From NCBI GenBank assembly GCA_015662475.1, contig DQUB01000055.1, positions 1 to 60,713 of the forward strand: a stretch of DNA of 60,713 bases. Direction: 5' to 3'. The translations under genes and the position numbers were made by a program. Under the pieces are notes generated by a model. That model worked only from the letters and a program-made list of their open reading frames with translations. It had not been told where the DNA came from and did no database searches. Shown one piece after another: positions 58,218 through 60,713 of this stretch. Every line of letters begins with the position of its first letter. Position 1 is the first letter of the stretch. Source of the DNA: Pyrodictium sp. (GTDB lineage: Archaea; Thermoproteota; Thermoprotei_A; Sulfolobales; Pyrodictiaceae).

Positions 58218-58709
58218 CTACAACCTACCAATACCAGCAAATGTAGCTGAACGAGTTAGAGCGTATCGTTCGAGTGATTGGCAGGATGAAGTTACTGCAT
58301 CGCTAAGTTCTACTCCAAACTCTTTCATAGCATCAATGTAGTTTTTCGCTTGTAGGCAAAGTGTTTTACTAGTCTTGCACTCAATATTTGTAGGTGGTTT
58401 GTCTCTGAAGACGGCTATTTGGATAGTATTGTAACTCTTTTCGGCTACTTCGGCAAGCTTGTTTATCTGGTGTATGCCGAAAAGAACGGCTAAAAAGCGG
58501 TATAATGGATTTTTTATCCGTTTTAGACGCCTATTAGTCTCTCCAAACAGTGTTGTTAGAAGAGCAGCTAGTGCCATATGGCGGATTGAAGCTCCAACCA
58601 TTGGCGCTTCGATGTTAAAGAGTGCATTTTCAAATGTAATGCTCCTATCGCAGCTTAATATCAATACAAAATACGTTTTATCTAGTAGCTCTAATTTGTA
58701 GTGCTTCAT
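58218..58709 (-). CDS. Hypothetical protein, possibly a divergent KEOPS Cgi121 subunit
   Basis: H.ALAA..., FL..LFG.HQI.K, C-terminal LER.AL.RSA; start ATG 58709 assumed. Confidence 0.5.
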   Translation of the reverse strand: MKHYKLELLDKTYFVLILSCDRSITFENALFNIEAPMVGASIRHMALAALLTTLFGETNRRLKRIKNPLYRFLAVLFGIHQINKLAEVAEKSYNTIQIAVFRDKPPTNIECKTSKTLCLQAKNYIDAMKEFGVELSDAVTSSCQSLERYALTRSATFAGIGRL

Positions 58710-59286
58710 GCCTGATTCTAAGCATTCTACGCACTCGCTCAACAGTCTCACCACCAAGTTGAGCAACTTCCTCTATGTCCATACCCTTAGCAGATGTGAG
58801 CTCCTCGTAGGTTTCAGCTTTATCCCATGGGAATATTATCCAAGCATCAGTTTCCCAAGCATAGAAATCTGGTCTTATTATCGACCAAGGTTTAACGTAG
58901 ATGGTTGCTGTCTTAACCTGCTTAGGACCATATAGGCTGAGGAAGTCTTGAGCTACATTCAAAGTTTTTCCTGTATCTGCAACATCGTCTACAATTAACA
59001 CATTTTTGTCTCTTATGTCTACAACAAGCGGTTGTGTTACAACAGGCTTTTCTCCTGTCTCCCCAACACCTCTATAGAATTTTATTTCGAGAGCACCAAC
59101 ATTCGAAACACCAAGATAGTCTGAGAGAAGTCTAGCAGGAACCCAACCTCCACGCAATATGCCAACTATTACATCGACACGATAGCCACTTTTCACAATC
59201 TTTTCTGCTATGTTAAGACAGCCTTCCTCGATATCACGCCAGCTAACTGCAAGGAATTTAGTGGGCTTTGGACGTTGTGCACTCAA
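58678..59286 (-). CDS. Purine phosphoribosyltransferase (HGXPRT-like)
   Basis: RGG..PAR, VLIVDDVADTGKT PRPP loop, WIIFPW. Confidence 0.92.
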   Translation of the reverse strand: MSAQRPKPTKFLAVSWRDIEEGCLNIAEKIVKSGYRVDVIVGILRGGWVPARLLSDYLGVSNVGALEIKFYRGVGETGEKPVVTQPLVVDIRDKNVLIVDDVADTGKTLNVAQDFLSLYGPKQVKTATIYVKPWSIIRPDFYAWETDAWIIFPWDKAETYEELTSAKGMDIEEVAQLGGETVERVRRMLRIRHEALQIRATR

Positions 59287-59288
59287 AA

Positions 59289-59591
59289 CTAGCCCCCATG
59301 GAAGACCTGAATTATATCAACTTTGAGTTTATCCCCTAGCAACTCGTCTTTAGAATACACTCTATAGTCTCGACCATTTATGAAGATCAGGATTCCTGGT
59401 TTGGGTTTTGCGTTGTGGAAAATATGTGTAAGCCTACCAGCTAAGTGTAAGAGTAGCTTTTCTACAGTTAGTCTCTCCTCTACACTAAATACTAGCTTTG
59501 ATGTTTTAAGCTTAGCTGCTAGAGATCCTACAATTTCGACTTCAATAATCGTGTTACACTTATCCTGTTGAAATTGCTTGTTGATACTCAC
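59289..59591 (-). CDS. Ubiquitin-like MoaD/ThiS/Urm1-SAMP family protein
   Basis: PGILIFING.D, C-terminal HGG. Confidence 0.85.
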   Translation of the reverse strand: MSINKQFQQDKCNTIIEVEIVGSLAAKLKTSKLVFSVEERLTVEKLLLHLAGRLTHIFHNAKPKPGILIFINGRDYRVYSKDELLGDKLKVDIIQVFHGG

Positions 59592-59829
59592 CAGCCTCCC
59601 TTCTCTTAGCCTCTTCGATCAATAGTTCAAGCTCGCCAGTACGTTTGTACAGTTTTACCAAACGTGTTACGTAACCTGCTATCTGGTTTCTCAGCTTTTT
59701 AGACTCTACCTCCAATAACATGCTAACAACACGCTTGTTGTGCTCAAAGTCTTCTGTGAAGAGGTCTGGGTACATTTCTAGAAGTTTTCTTGCAGTTCTC
59801 TTAACAAGACCAGGTCTTACTTTGCCCAT
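59560..59829 (-). CDS. rps17e: 30S ribosomal protein S17e
   Basis: MGKVR...VKR.A, F..DFEHNK, SKKLRN.IAGY.T; true start 59829. Confidence 0.96.
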   Translation of the reverse strand: MGKVRPGLVKRTARKLLEMYPDLFTEDFEHNKRVVSMLLEVESKKLRNQIAGYVTRLVKLYKRTGELELLIEEAKRREAGEYQQAISTG

Positions 59830-59965
59830 TACTAGCTCCCACGTAGCGTAGTTTGATACAGTAACCTCTTTTAAAAGGTGTGGTGTTCTTCTCCAAGGAG
59901 ACCGAAACATTTTTATAGAAGTAGCACCTACCGTGCCCACGGAGATACATGGGGGGTGTGAGTGA

Positions 59966-60713
59966 ATGAGTAAGCCTGCTACAGCCACTATAGAACCTAC
60001 GGGAGTACCAGTACTGATATTGAAGGAAGGTACTCAAAGAACGTACGGTAAAGAGGCTCTAAGAGCTAATATAATGGTTGTACGCGCGATTGCAGAAACC
60101 CTACGTACAACTTATGGTCCTAAAGGTATGGACAAAATGCTTGTTGACAGTCTTGGCGACATAACAATCACAAATGATGGTGCAACAATACTTGACAAAA
60201 TGGATGTACAGCATCCAACAGCTAAGCTAGTAGTACAGATTGCTAAAGGTCAAGATGAAGAGGTTGGTGATGGTACAAAAACATCTGTGATATTTGCAGG
60301 CGAGCTTCTAAAGCAAGCTGAAGAGCTTCTTGCAAAGGATATCCACCCAACAATAATTGTAAGTGGTTTTAAGAAAGCTGCAGAGCTTGCAATTAAGAAG
60401 CTTCACGAAATAGCAGAGCCGATAGACATTAACGATGAGGAGACGCTAAAGAAGATTGCAAGGACAAGCTTGACAAGCAAAGCTGTACACGGTGCTAGAG
60501 ACTATCTAGCAGAACTAGCAGTCAAAGCTGTAAAACAGATTGCGGAAAAGAGAGGTGACAGGTGGTATATCGACCTAGACACATACAGATTGTCAAGAAG
60601 CATGGAGGCAGCCTTAAAGATACAAAGTTGATCTACGGTATTGTCATCGACAAAGAGGTTGTTCATCCTGCAATGCCTAGAAGGATTGAGAATGCCTATA
60701 TCGTGTTGCTCGA
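59966..60713 (+). CDS. thsB: Thermosome subunit (probably beta); runs off the window, 1-nt frameshift at about 60581
   Basis: [21 protein letters not shown]; after the shift [26 protein letters not shown] continues. Confidence 0.9.

Overview
Gene-dense, mostly housekeeping region of a thermophilic archaeal chromosome. Gene content (WhiP, CdvB-like gene, FBP aldolase/phosphatase, aRF1, ABCE1, rpS17e, thermosome) points to Thermoproteota, probably Desulfurococcales; this is an inference from families recognised by eye, with no database search. It holds about 65 CDSs, including cysS, argF, ctaB, apgM, glnA, herA-mre11-rad50, nadM, whiP, nreA, prf1, trxB, argS, tupABC with a ModE-like regulator, tpiA, fbp and ABCE1, plus two tRNA-Arg genes. 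I saw no CRISPR array, transposase or integrase. Most notable: (1) about ten box C/D guide sRNAs in short intergenic gaps, several with recognisable 16S rRNA complementarity; (2) a GNAT-ABC ATPase fusion translationally coupled to a THUMP protein upstream of a nurA-less herA-mre11-rad50 operon, a candidate uncharacterised RNA acylation module; (3) an inverted repeat inside whiP and an AT-rich downstream gap, a candidate replication origin; (4) a tungstate module with a 34-bp palindromic operator, bracketed by two near-identical inverted tRNA-Arg genes; (5) an unannotated 34-aa Glu/Trp microprotein upstream of ABCE1; (6) a minimal CdvB/ESCRT-III-like gene and a degenerate heme A synthase-like gene. 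rRNA target calls rely on remembered crenarchaeal rRNA consensus and need checking against this organism's own rRNA.
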